From the NCBI RefSeq assembly GCF_018350175.1, contig NC_058368.1:51771815-51835814 (forward strand): DNA of 64,000 nt, read 5' to 3'. Below the pieces are notes generated by a model. It saw only the letters and a list, made by a program, of their open reading frames with translations. It did no database searches and had not been told where the DNA came from. A program made the translations under genes and the position numbers. Shown piece after piece: positions 48,749 to 63,412 of the stretch. This stretch comes from Felis catus (Eukaryota). Position 1 is the stretch's first letter. Every line of letters starts with the position of its first letter.

Positions 48749-51700
48749 TTTATTTTATTTTATTTTATTTTATTTTATTTTATTTTATTTTATTTTATTA
48801 TTTTATTTTATTTTATTATTTTATTTTATTTTTATTTTTATTTTTAATATGAAATTTATTGTCAATTTGGTTTCCATACAAAACCCAGTGCTCATCCAAA
48901 CAGGTGCCCTCCTCAATGCTCATCACCCACTTTCCCCTCCCTCCCACCCCCCATCAACCCTCAGTTTATTCTCAGTTTTTAAGAGTCTCTTATGGTTTGG
49001 CTCCCTCCCTCTCTAACCTCTTTTTTTTTTTTCCCTCCCCTCCCCCGTGGTCTTCTGTAAAGTTTCTCAGGATCCACATAAGAGTGAAAACATATGGTAT
49101 CTGTCTTTCTCTGCCTGACTTATTTCACTTAGCATAACACCCTCCAGTTCCATCCACATTGCTACAAAAGGCCGTATTTCAGTCTTTCTCATTGCCAAGT
49201 AGTATTCCATTCTGTATATAAACCACAATTTCTTTATCCATTCATCAGTTGATGGACATTTAGGCTCTTTCCATAATTTGGCTATTGTTGAGAGTGCTGC
49301 TATAAACATTGGGGTACAAGTGCCCCTATGCATCAGCACTCCTGTATCCCTTGGGTAAATTCCTAGCAGTGCTATTGCTGAGTAATAGGGTAGATCTATT
49401 TTTACTTTCTTGAGGAACCTCCACACTGTTTTCCAGAGTGGCTGCACCAGTTTGCATTCCCACCAACAGTGCAAGAGAGTTCCTGTTTCTCCACATCCTC
49501 TCCAGCATCTATAGTCTCCTGATTTGTTCATTTTAGCCACTCTGACTGGCGTGAGGTGATAGCTGAGTGTCGTTTTGATTTGTATTTCCCTGATGAGGAG
49601 CGACGTTGAGCATCTTTTCATGTGCCTGTTGGCCATCTGGATGTCTTCTTTAGAGAAGTGTCTATTCATGTTTTCTGCCCATTTCTTCACTGGATTATTA
49701 GTTTTTCGGGTGTGGAGTTTGGTGAGTTCTTTATAGATTTTGGATACTAGCCCTTTGTCCATTGTGTCATTTGCAAATATCTTTTCCCATTCCATTGGTT
49801 GCCTTTAGTTTTGTTGATTGTTTCCTTTGCTGTGCAGAAGCTTTTTATCTTCATAAGGTCCCAGTAGTTCATTTTTGCTTTTAATTCCCTTGCCTTTGGG
49901 GATGTGTCAAGTAAGAAATTGCTGCGGCTGAGGTCACATAGGTTTTTGCCAGCTTTCTCCTTTAGGGTTTTGATGGTTTCCTGTCTCACATGCAGGTACT
50001 TTATCCATTTTGAGTTTATTTTTTTTGTGAATGGTGTAAGGAAGTAGTCTAGTTTCATTCTTCTGCATGTTGCTGTTCAGTTCTCCCAGCGCCATTTGTT
50101 AAAGAGACTGTCTTTTTTCCATTGGATATTCTTTCCTGCTTTGTCAAAGATTAGTTGGCCATACTTTTGTGGGTTCAATTCTGGAGCCTCTATTCTATTC
50201 CATTGGTCTATGTGTCTATTTTTGTACCAATATCATACTGTCTTGATGATTAGAAGCATAACAGCAAAGACACCCCAAACCCAGCAGAAGAAGAGAGAGA
50301 TAATACAGATCAGAGCAGAAATAAACAATATAGAATCTAAAAAAACTGTAGAGCAGATCAATGAAACCAAGAGTTGGTTTTTTGAAAAAATAAACAAAAT
50401 TGATAAACCTCTAGCCAGGCTTCTCAAAAAGAAAAGGGAGATGACCTAAATAGATAAAATCACAAATGAAAATGGAATTATTACAACCAATCCCTCAGAA
50501 ATACAAGCAATTATCAGGGAATACTACGAAAAATTGTATGGCAACAAACTGGACAACCTGGAAGAAATGGACAAATTCCTAAGCACCCACACACTTCCAA
50601 AACTCAAACAGGAAGAAATAGAAAACTTGAACAGACCTATAAACAGCAAAGAAATTGAATCAGTTATCAAAAATATCCCAACAAATAAGAGTCCAGGACC
50701 AGATGGCTTCCCTGGGGAATTCTACCAGACGTTTAAAGCAGAGATAATACCTATCCTTCTCAAGCTATTCCAAGAAATAGAAAGGGAAGGAAAACTTCCA
50801 GACTCATTCTATGAAGTCAATATTACTTTGATTCCTAAACCAGACAGAGACCCAGTAAAAAAAGAGAACTACAGACCAATATCCCTGATGAATATGGATG
50901 CAAAAATTCTCAACAATATACTAGCAAATTGAATTCAACAGCATATAAAAAGAATTATTCACCATGATCAAGTGGGATTCATTCCTGGGCTGCAGGGCTG
51001 GTTCAACATTCACAAATCAATCAATGTGATACATCACATTAATAAAAGAAAAGAAAAGAATCATATGATCCTGTCAATCGATGCAGAAAAAGCATTTGAC
51101 AAAATTCAGCATCCTTTCTTAATAAAAACCCTTGAGAAATTCAGGATAGAAGGAACATACTTAAACATCATAAAAGCCACTTATGAAAAGCCCACAGCTA
51201 ATATCATCCTCAATGGGGAAAAACTGAGAGCTTTCCCCCTGAGAGAAGGAAAATGACAGGGATGTCCACTCTCACCGCTGTTGTTTAACATAGTGTTGGA
51301 AGTGATAGCATTGGCAATCAGACAACAAAAGGAAATCAAAGGTATCAACATTGGCAAATATGAAGTCAAGCTTTCACTTTTTGCAGATGACATGATATTA
51401 TACATGGAAAATCTGACAGACTCCACCAAAAGTCTGCTAGAACTGATACATGAATTCAGCATAGTTGCAGGATACAAAATCAATGTACAGAAATCAGTTG
51501 CATTCTTATACGCTAATAATGAAGCAACAGAAAGACAAATAAAGAAACTGATCCCATTCACAATTGCACCAAGAAGCATAAAATACCTAAGAACAAATCT
51601 AACCAAAGATGTAAAATATCTGTATGCTGAAAACTATAGAAAGCTTATGAAGGAAATTGAAGAAGATATAAAGAAATGGAAAAACATTCTGTGTTCATGG

Positions 51701-51931
51701 GTTGGAAGAATAAATATTGTCAAAATGTCAATACTACCCAAAGCTATCTACACATTCAATCAACCCCAATCAAAATTGCACCAGCATTCTTCTCGAAGCT
51801 AGAACAAGCAATCCTAAAATTTGCATGGCACCATAAAGACCCCGAATAACCAAAGTAATTTTGAAGAAGATGACCAGAGTGGGAGGCATCACAATCCCAG
51901 ACTTTAGCCTCTACTACAAAGCTGTAATCAT
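48749..51931 (-). mobile_element. LINE-1 with 5' inversion (twin priming): 3' part on - strand (48749-~50252), inverted ORF2 segment on + strand (~50251-51931)
   Basis: (TTTTA)n tail at left; ORF2 C-terminus on - (49067..49795); RT region on + (50534-51802, FADD intact); TSD TCATAGG(G/A)ATTTTAT at 48734-48748 and 51928-51942. Confidence 0.96.
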
Positions 51932-52174
51932 AGGAATTTTATAAACATTACATGCTCTCTTCCCTTGTTGCAATATGAATAATGTATCTGGTGAAAAGAA
52001 ACATTCAGATATTGGTATAACTTTCTTGGCAGTCACAATTTGTTAATTTTACCTCTTTTCCCAAGAGAAAAGGAATTCATAAGCTTCAAGGACCCTTCAG
52101 GCTCATGAAGGAATGAACTATCACATCTGCGGAAACATGGATGCTTCTTAAATGTCTACTGGTAAATTAATAAA

Positions 52175-53875
52175 GTCCATCTGACAAAGGCTCCATACTG
52201 TATTATTCCACTACTGTGACATTCTGGAAAAGACAAAACCATAGAAACAGTAAGCAGATCAGTGATTGCTGGTGGGGGAGGGGGGGTGGAGAGGTAAGGG
52301 AAAGCGGGTCTAGGAAGATGGAGAGTTGAATAAATGAAGCACAGGGAAGCAAACTGTTCCATATGATACTACAATGGCAAGTAAATGACACTATGCATTT
52401 GTCAAAACCCATAGAATTTTTCAGTACAAAAAATAAACTTTATTATGTGCAGATTCAAAATCTCATTTAGGTGGTCACGGGCAGGGGATCTCAGGATAGA
52501 ATGCAGAATGTGCCAAAAGAATTTAACTGTATTACAAATATATGACACCATGTCACTGATGCTGACCTAAGTAACTTTGGAGATGAGTGGCCTCTGTAAG
52601 ACTAATGACAAAAGTAACTGTACATAGACCCTATATTCTAGCTGATACAGTTGTTTTCTATGGGGTCCAGGTTAACAATTCTGAAACCACTATAGATAAA
52701 TTCTGGAATTGAATAATTAAGTGCATAGTGGATAGTGGGGTCACATTTCCCACAGTTGGAGTAGGAGGTTACAGATAATAAGCAAGGGGAGGAGGCTAGA
52801 ATGATCTGTGCAATAACGGCTATGTTGGTATGGATTCAGGTTTAGCTTAACATAGGTACAGATGGTTACATATAGAAATATCTCTAGATATGCACATATA
52901 CATGGATTGCCGCACACACATATTTTCTTGCTTTGTCAGCTGAGAGGGCCGAGAAGCAATGAAACTCCAATAGCAATGAGTATGCTGATAGCTAGATCTT
53001 GATTTCTAATGTCATTTTCCAATGAAAGGGACTAAGGCTTCTTGGAAAAATGGCTGGTTTTAGGACTGCCGTAGGATGTACATAAAATGAATCTGGAGCA
53101 TCTTGTAGTGCTAGAAAATAAGGAAGTGTTCAAATGCACATGAGTACACACACACTCAAAATAATGTAGATATGTTAAAGGGACATAGGATTCAACAGAA
53201 GGAGTTTGCAATGGACAAAGTTGGAACAATTTGAGCAACTAAATAAATAATGTAGTATTGAATTATAATGCAAAGTATAAAATGAAGGTCTGTAAGTCCA
53301 TGCTGGTTGAAATGAATGATTGAGTAAATAAATTCAATAAAGGAGACACAATTCTCCCATGCAGAAGAATTCCAAATAATTTATATAACTACTCTGTCTT
53401 CGAGGAGGTAGAGTACAATTGTCCACTTCTTGTCCGCTTCTTATGCGTGGGCTGCACATGGTGACTTCCTTCCACAGTACAGTGTGGGATGAGAGAAGGA
53501 GCAACTTGACAGTGGAGAGACCTGATAAACAGTACCTCAGACAGGTTATCAAGATTAACATCAATGATAATAAATTATATTGCTAACATGTATCCTTGAT
53601 AGGATGTGATAAGAACGGCACAATATCCTTGTGATTTTCTTCCCCAAAATCCATAACCCCAATCTAATCATGAGGAAAACAGGAGACACATCTTAATTAA
53701 AGAGCCAACACTCCTTAAAACTGTCAGTCATCAAATACAATAAAGTCTGAGAAACTGTCACAGCCGAGAAGACACCTGACAACTAAATGTAACGTGGTAC
53801 ATGGATGAGATTCTGGAAAAAAAAAAAGGAACTTAAGTTAAAACTGAAGAATTCAGAATAAAATGTAGGCTTTAG
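52175..53875 (+). mobile_element. Ancient L1M (L1MC-like) 3' region
   Basis: catactgtattattccactactgtgacattctggaaaag...gcatttgtcaaaacccataga...aactaaatgtaacgtggta. Confidence 0.7.
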
Positions 53876-55494
53876 TTTTAGGTTCTTTCTTTCTGGCTTT
53901 TTTCCATCTCTTCTCCTTGAATCACGAGTGCCATAGCTAAGGTAAGTGAGAACTTTGCCAAATGTTTGGCCTTGGTGTAACAAGGGTTACCAGATCTCCA
54001 TCCAGCCTGCAACATTTATTCCCTCATCCCCTAATACACGAAAAATAAGCTAACACCACATGTGTTAGGCTTTTGTTTGACAGCATACTGTTTCTAGCAC
54101 CAGTTTCTAAACAAGTTAGGGCACAACTAAATGGCTGTAACAGAGAACTTCTGAAGTATAGTGGCTGAGATAAGACTGCTTTTTCTCCTTCTCAAACTGA
54201 AACAGAAATAGAGGCTCTGTCCATAAAATTGTCCAGAGCATACGTTGTACGGCCATCGCCTAGTATCTCCCAATCAAAGCTGGCTCACCAGCTGCATAAC
54301 TGTGGCCCTGCCTGAGGGAAGAGAGAAAAAAAAGAATGTGATGAAAAGCTGCCCTGTTCCTGCCACTCACATCCAATTGGCCACTCATGCCCCATTGGCC
54401 ACACCTAACTGCAAGGTGACGTATAGTTCCTAGCCACGTGTCTGCTAAGATAACTTGAGATTTCTGTTACTAAAGGAAGATGGACGAATGGGCTGTTGGA
54501 GCAGGCAGAAGTCCTCATACAGAACCCTGTGACCTGGGGCTCCCCACCCATCCCCTGTGATAGCTTATCAGTGGATAGTAATACAGCGTCTCCTGTAAAA
54601 CACGTCTTTGTATACAAAGACATTGTGATCAGATTCCCCATAGTCATTGTTAATAATGTTTTTTTTTCCCCTACAAACAAAGGATTTTAGATCTGTGTGG
54701 CCATTTGAGAATGATTCTGACATGATGCTCTCAACTTATGGGATTTGCAGATGAAGAGAATTGGGGACCTGAGTCTCTGAACGGTTCCATGATACAGCCA
54801 GTTTGTCAACGGCAAAACTGGGTTTGGAAACCAGCACGCTGAAGTCTCTTTCACTAAATGTGGGGTTTAAAAATGAATACAATGATCTAAAAATGATCTC
54901 ACCAGAATGGAACACATTGACAGACTAAGCCTCACATGCCATTCTCTTATTTAGGTAATTCAGTATTTTATTAACTTTTAGAATTACAGTGACACACTGC
55001 TAAGTCCTACTTATCGTGTGGTTTGTATGATTCTAAATCATTTTATGCAATACATTTGCAAAACAAGTTCTGTCCTAGCTCGCATTTGTATAGATTTCTT
55101 CTTTCATGAGCTGCTTTTGGTACTCTCTATGTGTCACTATTAAATTAGTTGGATCCTATTTAATGTCAAATGCTTTAAAGAGTCAAACCCTGGGACGAAA
55201 TAAAAATTTTACTGAAGTTCATGTGTGTTGTATCCATAATATGCCCCCAATTTACTATATTTATCACTATTGTAAAAAAATTAGATTAGGATTTGCTCCT
55301 TTATTTTCCATATTTTGCTACTTTGAATGTGTATTCGAATATTTCTTCTAGGGATACAGTTTATTGGTCTCTAATTCTAGACTTATTCCCTTCTAAATCT
55401 GGTTTTCTTTTTCACTGTAAGGTTTTCCATGAACACTTCACTTCTCGTTTTGTGTAGAGATATATTTCATCATGCACTTCTGCTAAGTTTGTGG

Positions 55495-56100
55495 ATGTCC
55501 AAGACCATCCTCACTTCTGACACCTACTGCAAGTTCAAGAGTTCTCCTGGACCACAGTTCAATAATTACAAAAAGACACCTAGAACTCAGAAAATCTATT
55601 ATACACGTTACAGTTTATTACAGTGAAAGGGTACAGATTAACATCAGCCAGGGGAAGAGGCACATAGGGCAGTGTCCAAGAAGCACCAAACACAGAGCTT
55701 TAGTTGTCTTTCCCCCAGAGGATTTGTGTGGGTTTCTCCTGTTTCTTCCAGCAATGATATGTGACAATACACAATGAGTTGTGACAACCACGGAAGCTCA
55801 TCCCAGCCTTGGTGTCCAGAGTTTTTACTGGGGTTCAGTCAGGTAAACTTGGTTGACTGCTGGCATAGTTGACCTTAATCTCTAATAGTGTGTAGCCCAA
55901 AACCCCACCATAAATCACTGAGATTTATCACTGTCAGCTGAGAATATGAGAATATCTGGAGTGGTCCAAGACCTCCAGGCAAACAAAGATACACTTAGCA
56001 AGCAGAACATTTTAAAGACTCCCCCCCCCCCCACCCCTGTCATTCCCTGCCCAGAGCCTCAGGGAAAGGCCAAATCTCTCTTTAGGTTGATTTTTACTAC
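55495..56100. mobile_element. ERV-class LTR (MER21-like)
   Basis: aagaccatcctcacttctgacac...acagtttattacagtgaaagggtacagatt...ggtgtccagagtttttactgggg. Confidence 0.6.
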
Positions 56101-57329
56101 ATAACAATGTTCAAGTAAATAATAATATAAGCTTGTAAATCCAACACACCCAGAGTTCAGTCCCATAACAGTGCTACCTTTAAGAAGTGTCGTTCAATTC
56201 TTCAAGGGTAATTAAAAAGAATTCTCTTTTACTAGTGACTCTCAAAGGACATTCAATGGGCTCCGAATACATACTATACAACCACTTTTATGAAAATCTC
56301 CTTCCCTCATTTCCAACCCTTCTTCCCCACCAAAACTCTCTTAAACTCTTGGTTCTGAATATTGCCCTCCTCCTTTTCTCTCTCCTCTTTCTCATCACAT
56401 TATTTAGCAGAGTTTAGTCCTAAATTCAGCATAAAATTATCCATCCCCTTTAGGCACGGGGAAGAGGTGGAGAATTAGGCCTCCCAATGCAGATTTTCTT
56501 TGATAGGTAGGAAAATGGGGGAAAACCAAAGCATATGCCAGTGTTCATTTTTTTCTGATACAAAAATAATAACTTCCACTCACCAGGTGTCAACCATGTC
56601 TCTTTGCACACCCGGGTTTCTGCATCTAGTATCTCACTACTTCGGAGATGGCACAGCTTGGAAAATTTTTCAACAGTTGTTGCATGGAGGCAAAATCACT
56701 TACGAAACGCCATAGGTGTATACTGCTGAAGTGATTAACTCCATGATACTTTGATACAGAAAAGGAAATATGTGCCTCAGGAAGCAAAAATATGTAAGTA
56801 TCAAAGTATTTGGCCTCGAGAATTCTTTTTTCTTTATTATTTTTCACTCTTACGGTTGCCTTCTGGCTCCAGTATTGGATGGTTAATTTAGGGGGAAGAG
56901 GGGGAAAAAATCTTACGGTCCTATCCACTTTTAACAAACACAGAATTTTAAACTGCAGGCATATATCTGTATCTTTAACTCTTTCATAAGGTATTGACTT
57001 CTATTCTATAAATCCAATATATGTGGAGATGCTTGAATCTGTTACAAAATTTCAGGATGCTCTTGTTTTTAGTAGAGAAAAATGAGCCAGAGAGAAAAAT
57101 TTTCCACTATCTATATGTGCTTTAAGAGCATCATCAATTCATTTGTTAAACTACTCATGTACATGCTTCAGGGTAAACTAAAACCACACTTGAACCACAT
57201 TTTATAGTTTATTCTTCTGGCAAAAGGAAGCAGCAACTCTTCCTTTCCACTTCCGTGACCCCCCGGTCTTCCATCCCTACCTACTCCCACTTATTCCAGC
57301 TTCAAGAGACTGGTTCAACGGTGGCTAAA

Positions 57330-59070
57330 ATAGCGTGCTTGCTATATTACATTTACTATGCTTACACTTCTAAAACATGACACAATATCACCAATACATC
57401 TCCCAAATCAGCTAGAATTCCTCAATCCCCTCAAATATCCAAACAGTGCTCACATTCCCCAAATTATGCTATAAAAGTTCTCTATTTGAGTTTCTTTGAT
57501 CATGATTCAGAAAGTTCCATACACTGCCTTTTGGTTCACATGCTCTTGTCTCTTTTAATATACAGATTCTCTCTCCATCTGTTTTTCCCCACCTTGAAAT
57601 TTTGTAGTTGTTGTAGAAGAAGAAGAAGGAGAAAGGGAAAGTGGAGGAGGAGGGGGAGAAGGGAGAGAAAGAGAAGAAGGTAGTCACTTGTCTCATAGAG
57701 TTTCCTGCAGTGTATATGTTTGTTTTGTTGTGTTTTATACACTTTTCTTGGCCCATGTATTTCTATGTTTTGAGATATGGTCAAATTTAGGTTTGGCAGT
57801 GGTGGTAGTGGTATGGTATGTGTATGTGAAGACTACTTAGGAAGTGGTGTTGGGTACATTCGTCAGAAGAGCATAATGTCTTTCATTGTGGGGGGAAGGT
57901 ATTAGCAATGTGTTAGAGATTGCAAAAAGCAATTTTCTCATTCTATTTTTCCTTTCTGATTTATTAGCCAAAACACAGTTATTAAGAGATACTTTCTCGC
58001 ATTGATAATTTGGTTACCCATAATTTGTATAGAAAAGATAGAATAAAGGCTTTCTCCTTTATTTACTAGTTTTCAAAATAAGAACTCAAAGCCCTAGTAT
58101 GCTCCAAAGATGATCCATGCATTTAAGTAGCATTTTGAACGTGTAGATTTAAACATATTTGATGTGTTTCAACTCATGGTAGTTATTGTCCTTATTGATA
58201 CTTGAGTTGTGTGATCTTTGGACAGTGGGAGCTTATTGAAGTTGGCTTCTGGTTCCTTTCGACACGATCCTGCTAGGCTTTGACAAAAAGTTTCAGAATC
58301 ATCTAGTACATTTCCTACCTCAGACTTCCAACCAACTCCTTTTTTTCAAGAGCCCTGGTCTCTCTCTCTCTCTTTCTCTCTTTTTCAAATTTTTATTTAA
58401 ACTCCAATTAGTTAACATACAGTGCAATAGAATTCAATGATTCATCCCTGACAGACAACACCCAGTGACCCTCATAACAAGTGCCCTCCTTAATGCCCAT
58501 CACCCATTTAGCTCATCCCCACCCACCTCTGTTCCAGCAACCCGGAGTTAGTTCTCTATAGTTAAGAGTCATTCATGGTTTGTTTCCCTCTCTCTTTTTA
58601 TCCCCTCCCCACATGTTCATCTGTTTTATTTCTTAAATTCCACATATGAGTGAAATCATATTGTATTTGTCTTTCTCTGACTTACTTCACACAGCATAAC
58701 GCACTCCAGCTCCATCTATGTCATTACATCTGGTCTCTTTTGGTGAAAAATGGTACTTAAAGACCAAAAGCTAAGCACTAGGGTAATTCATTGCTATTGT
58801 ATTGGCCAATATCTCTAGGCCATTTCAGTGGATAGTGCTAAAAATAAATATTTTTTTTTTTACTAAAAATGAGTGTGAATGGATATTCCAATTCAATTCA
58901 GCTTAGAATCATAAAGTTAAACTCATGATCTTAGTGGAGATGTCTTTTCTCCCATGCTGTTAACACCAGTTCTCAATGACACAAACATTACACTCTTTTA
59001 CACTCTTTTACTTTGTACCAGAGTGCACACATCACAGTCTCTAAATTACCATATCAACACCATTATCAAC
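57330..59070 (-). mobile_element. Ancient L1M fragments interrupted by a younger L1 tail
   Basis: Degenerate L1MC-like 3' motifs; boundaries approximate. Confidence 0.45.
58364..58729 (-). mobile_element. 5'-truncated carnivore L1 3' end
   Basis: Homologous to 30573-30920; flanked by CTGGTCTCT direct repeats. Confidence 0.8.
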
Positions 59071-60191
59071 AATATATTTCTAGTAACTTCTTCAACTCAA
59101 ATAAAAGTATCTCTAGGAAAGAGATGGAATCAGAAAACTGACAGTATGGATGATTCTTTCTGAAGCAAAGACTCAATGAATGGCTTAAACATATTTACGT
59201 GGTGTTATTTAAGGTCAGTGGAAGTAGTATAGTATGCGTGGAAGTCCAGCTCGAGACGATGGTAGAATTTTCTTGTTCTCAGAATTAGCACCTTGTAATT
59301 CAAATGATTCGTAGGAATGTCTATAATTAATTCTTATCTCTGCTGTGCATTAACCAACTGCTAACATATTTGCAGAGAAACTCTCTTGAAATGTGACAAG
59401 ACTCACAATGAGTTGGTCTCCCTCCATTAGAAAGGCACAGTAGGGGTCAAGCCATACCCGATTACACCATGGTTCTGTCTGGTATCCTTGAACAGTTACC
59501 ATAGCCACTTTGAAGCACTGAAATAACAGATGGTAAATTTAAAAGAACAGCTTCTGAAAATTTAAAACAAATCCAAATGTAAACCTCTCTCAACTTCATC
59601 CCACTCTTTGCCAAGAAAGGGGAGAAAAACATCACAAGTATGATTCTGAGATGTTTATTTTATAAGTATCATTTATCCTAGATTTCAAAATCCATTACAA
59701 CTCGTATTAAACAGTGGGTTGTTTGCGGTTTCTTTGGTGAGCCAATGCTTGATTTTTATCAGCTTTCCCTCGCTCGTGACCAAGAGATGGGAGCATCAAT
59801 GTTATGAGGTTCACAATTTCTAGGAGGCAGTAGTAGAACGGAAGCCGCAGCCACTGCCCAGTTGCGTCTTCCAGGTTGACACAAGACATCCCATCACTAT
59901 ACCTGAATGCATGTGAACATTTTTTGCCTTTCTTCTTGTGAGAAGATGTTTAATGCAATTTACCTTTCAGTTTTTATAATAGAGAGAGGTTTAGAATCAT
60001 TGTAGCTTCCCCTTGTTCTGTCATCAAGGATGATCTGCTGATGAAAGGGTGCACCGTCCATGGTGTGCTACGGGCTAGTGGGGCTGTAGCCTGCAGAGAG
60101 AGGGAGCGCACACTCAGACATCTCCTGTGGAGTGGGGTGTGCTGCTCTTGTTAGTTGTTTTTTAATAAGATAATGAAAGAGTGCAGACTTC

Positions 60192-60625
60192 TTTTTTTTT
60201 AATGTGTATTTGTTTATTTAAAAAAAAACTGTTTAATGTTTATTTATTTATTTATTTTGAGAGAGAGAGACAGAGTGTGAGCAGGGGAGGGGCAGAGAGA
60301 GAGGGAGACACGGAATCCAAAGCAGGCTCCAGGCTCTGAGCTGTCAGCACAGAGCCCGATGCGGGGCTCGAACTCACACCTGAGCTGCCGTCAGATACTT
60401 AACCAACTGAGCCACCCAAGTGCCCCAAATGTTTATTTATTTATTTTGAGAAATAGAGAGACAACACAGAGGAGGGGTAGGGAGAGGAAGAGGGAGAATC
60501 CCAAGCAGGTTTCGCGCTGTCAGTACAGAGCCCAACATGGGGCTCGATCCCACAAACCATGAGATCATGACCTGAGGCAAAATCAAGAGTCAGATGCTTA
60601 ACTGACTGAGCCACTGAGGTGCCGC
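60192..60625 (-). mobile_element. Two tandem Can-SINEs (~60219-60426 inserted in the tail of ~60427-60625)
   Basis: Outer TSD AAAGAGTG(C/T)AGA(C/T)TT; inner repeat AATGT(G/T)TATTT(G/A)TTTATT. Confidence 0.9.
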
Positions 60626-61406
60626 AAAGAGTGTAGATTTCAGATCAAAATGACATTCAAAGTTCGTACATTGATCTACCCACAGACTTTACACCCAAAC
60701 AAATAAAACTGGAAGAAAAAAGTCCTCTTTAGGCACCAGGAACTGAAGAGAAATGTGGGGGAGAAACCATAGGACTGCCATCCTCAGTACCAGGTGTGGC
60801 CAAGACAGGGAGGATACAAGTTGCCAGGACCATGGAGAAGTGAGGTGGTGTAACAAGTCACTCTCCTCCCTCCTTCCTTTGTCCCCATCCTGGGAAGAGA
60901 TGGCAGCAAAAAGGTGCTGCCATTTGCTAGCCAGAGGTACAGCTGGTAAGAGTCTGAGCGTGCAGGCAGGCACCAGGGCAGACTCAACCTTCATAACCAA
61001 GTGTATCCAACATATCTGACGCTAAACTACTCCCAATATCATGGTGGAATACGAACCCTGAGCACCAAGAGATCTGGTGTTGGATTGTGGGTCCTAGGGG
61101 CTGAGTTGAGGCAACCACAAAACCTCTTAAATAAAAAAGAATAAGAGAGAGGAAAAGAAAACTAGCACCAACTTAAGGTGAATTTGAAAACCAAAATTTC
61201 AAAACATGCAAAGAGTATCAACACCAAGAATGGCACCCAGTAAAATCAAACATTGGGAAATAAAATCATTCAGCACAAAATAAAATGTGCCACTTTAAGA
61301 AGACTTCAAGATATCTGGAGTTATCAAAGAGATATAGAAAATACTAGCATCCTTCCAAAGAAGTGAGAAATTATGCAAAAAAAGATGATTTTTAAAACTC
61401 AGTTGT

Positions 61407-61622
61407 GGGGCGCCCGGGTGGCTCAGTCGGTTGAGCATCCGACTTCGGCTCAGGTCATGATCTTGCTGTCTGTGAGTTCAAGCCCCGCGTCAGGCTCTGT
61501 GCTGACAGCTCAGAGCCTGGAGCCTGCTTCAGATTCTGTGTCTCCCTTTCTCTGCCCCTTCCCTGCTCATGCTCTGTCTCTCTCTCTCAAAAATGAATAA
61601 ACGTTAAAAAAATTTAAAAAAA
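61407..61622 (+). mobile_element. Can-SINE
   Basis: ggggcgcccgggtggctcagtcgg...; flanked by AAAACTCA. Confidence 0.92.
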
Positions 61623-62900
61623 AAAACTCAAGTGGGTGAACACAAACTGGAATAATCAAAATAATATGAATGAATTGGGAGGCAATTCAAAGGCTTTCAC
61701 CAAGAATATAGCAGAGAGAAAAAACATTTGAAATGCCAGTTAAGAGATATGGACATAGATTGATACGGAGATAGTTATCAATGAATGAATAAATTAGTGA
61801 ATACACACACACAAGCATACACGCACACACACGTGTACATGCACACACCTGCACACACGAATCCCAGAAGAGAATAGGGGCAGAAGCAACAATCAGAGAG
61901 ATAAAAACTGAAAATTTTCAGAGTTGATATAAAACACGGGATGTCAGACTGAAAGTATATTCCAGATGAATAAAAGTAAATGCACAACTAGACACATTAA
62001 AATAAAACAACAAAACACAAATGTATTCTTAAAATGTACCAGGAAGCAAAGACAGCATATCTACACATTCACTTCTTATTACCAGTAGATTCCAGAAGAG
62101 AAAATTATGTCTTTGAAATTCTTAGGGAAAGTATCTATCTACTCAGAATGTTATATCTCGTTAAATCCAAACTCAGAGGTAAGAGAAAGATAACAGAAAA
62201 ATAATGAGGGTATAAATTGATTTTTTGAGAAGTTAGTAATTCAGCTATTTACCATTAAACAACTATTGTGTATGCATGAGTGTGTGCAGAAAAAGATAAA
62301 ACTAAAACTCTGAGGACCAATAACAAGGATTCTGAGGAAACAGTGCCAGAGTCCAAAGTCCTTGTCCTATCCAGGAAAGAAATATATTAAAATTTTGACA
62401 GAAAAATTTACAGTTGAACAGAATCTTAAAAATTGAAGGGTAATTGCAAAATAATAGAAATAAAACCCATAATTTCTTTTTTAAATTTTATTAAGTTTTT
62501 AAGATTTTAATTCCAGTATAGTTAACAATACAGTGTTATATTAGTTTCAGGTGTACAATATAGTGATTCAACAATTCTATATATTACTCAGTGCTCATCA
62601 TGACAAGTGTATTAATTCCTTTTACCTACTTCAGCCATCATCCCCTAACTACCTCCCTCTAGTAACCATCAGAAGGTTAACCATCAGAAAACCATTTGTT
62701 ACCTAGAGTTAGGAGTCTGTTTCTTGGTTTGTCTCTCACTCTTTTTTCCCCGCTATGTTCACCAGTTTTGTTTCTTAAATTCCACACATGAATGAAATCA
62801 TATTTGTCTTTCTCTGACTCACTTATTTCACTTAATATTATACTCTGTAGCTCCATCTATGTTGCAAACGGTAAGATTTCATTCTTTTCATGGCTGAGCA

Positions 62901-63030
62901 GTATGTGTATATATATACACATATATATATACACATATATATACACATGTGTATATATGTGTGTATATATACACATATGTGTATATATACACATATATAT
63001 ATACACATATATATACTGATATATATATCA

Positions 63031-63070
<40 letters not shown>
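62901..63070. repeat. (TA)n/(TATACA)n microsatellite within L1
   Basis: Seen directly in the sequence. Confidence 0.95.
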
Positions 63071-63072
<2 letters not shown>

Positions 63073-63412
63073 ATACCATTTCTTCTTTACCTATTCATCT
63101 ATTGTTGAACACTTGGGCTGCTTCCATAGTTTGGCGATTGTTGCAATAATGCTGCAATAACCATGCGGGGTGCATATATCCTTCTGAATTAGTGTTTTTA
63201 TGTGTTTGGATAAATATCCAATAGTGTCATTACTGGATCATAGGGTAGTTCTATTTTTAATTTTTGGAGGAACCTCCGTACTGTTTTCCACAGTGGTTGC
63301 ACCAGTTTGCAACAGTGTAGGAGCGCTGCGTTTTTCCATATCCTTGCTCACACTTGTTGCTTATATTTCTGATTTTAGCCTTTCTGACAGGCGTGAGGTG
63401 ATATCTCCTTGT

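Noticed and set aside
49067..49795. Longest ORF (242 aa) as a host gene
   Set aside because: It is the L1 ORF2 C-terminal cysteine-rich region of the twin-primed insertion.
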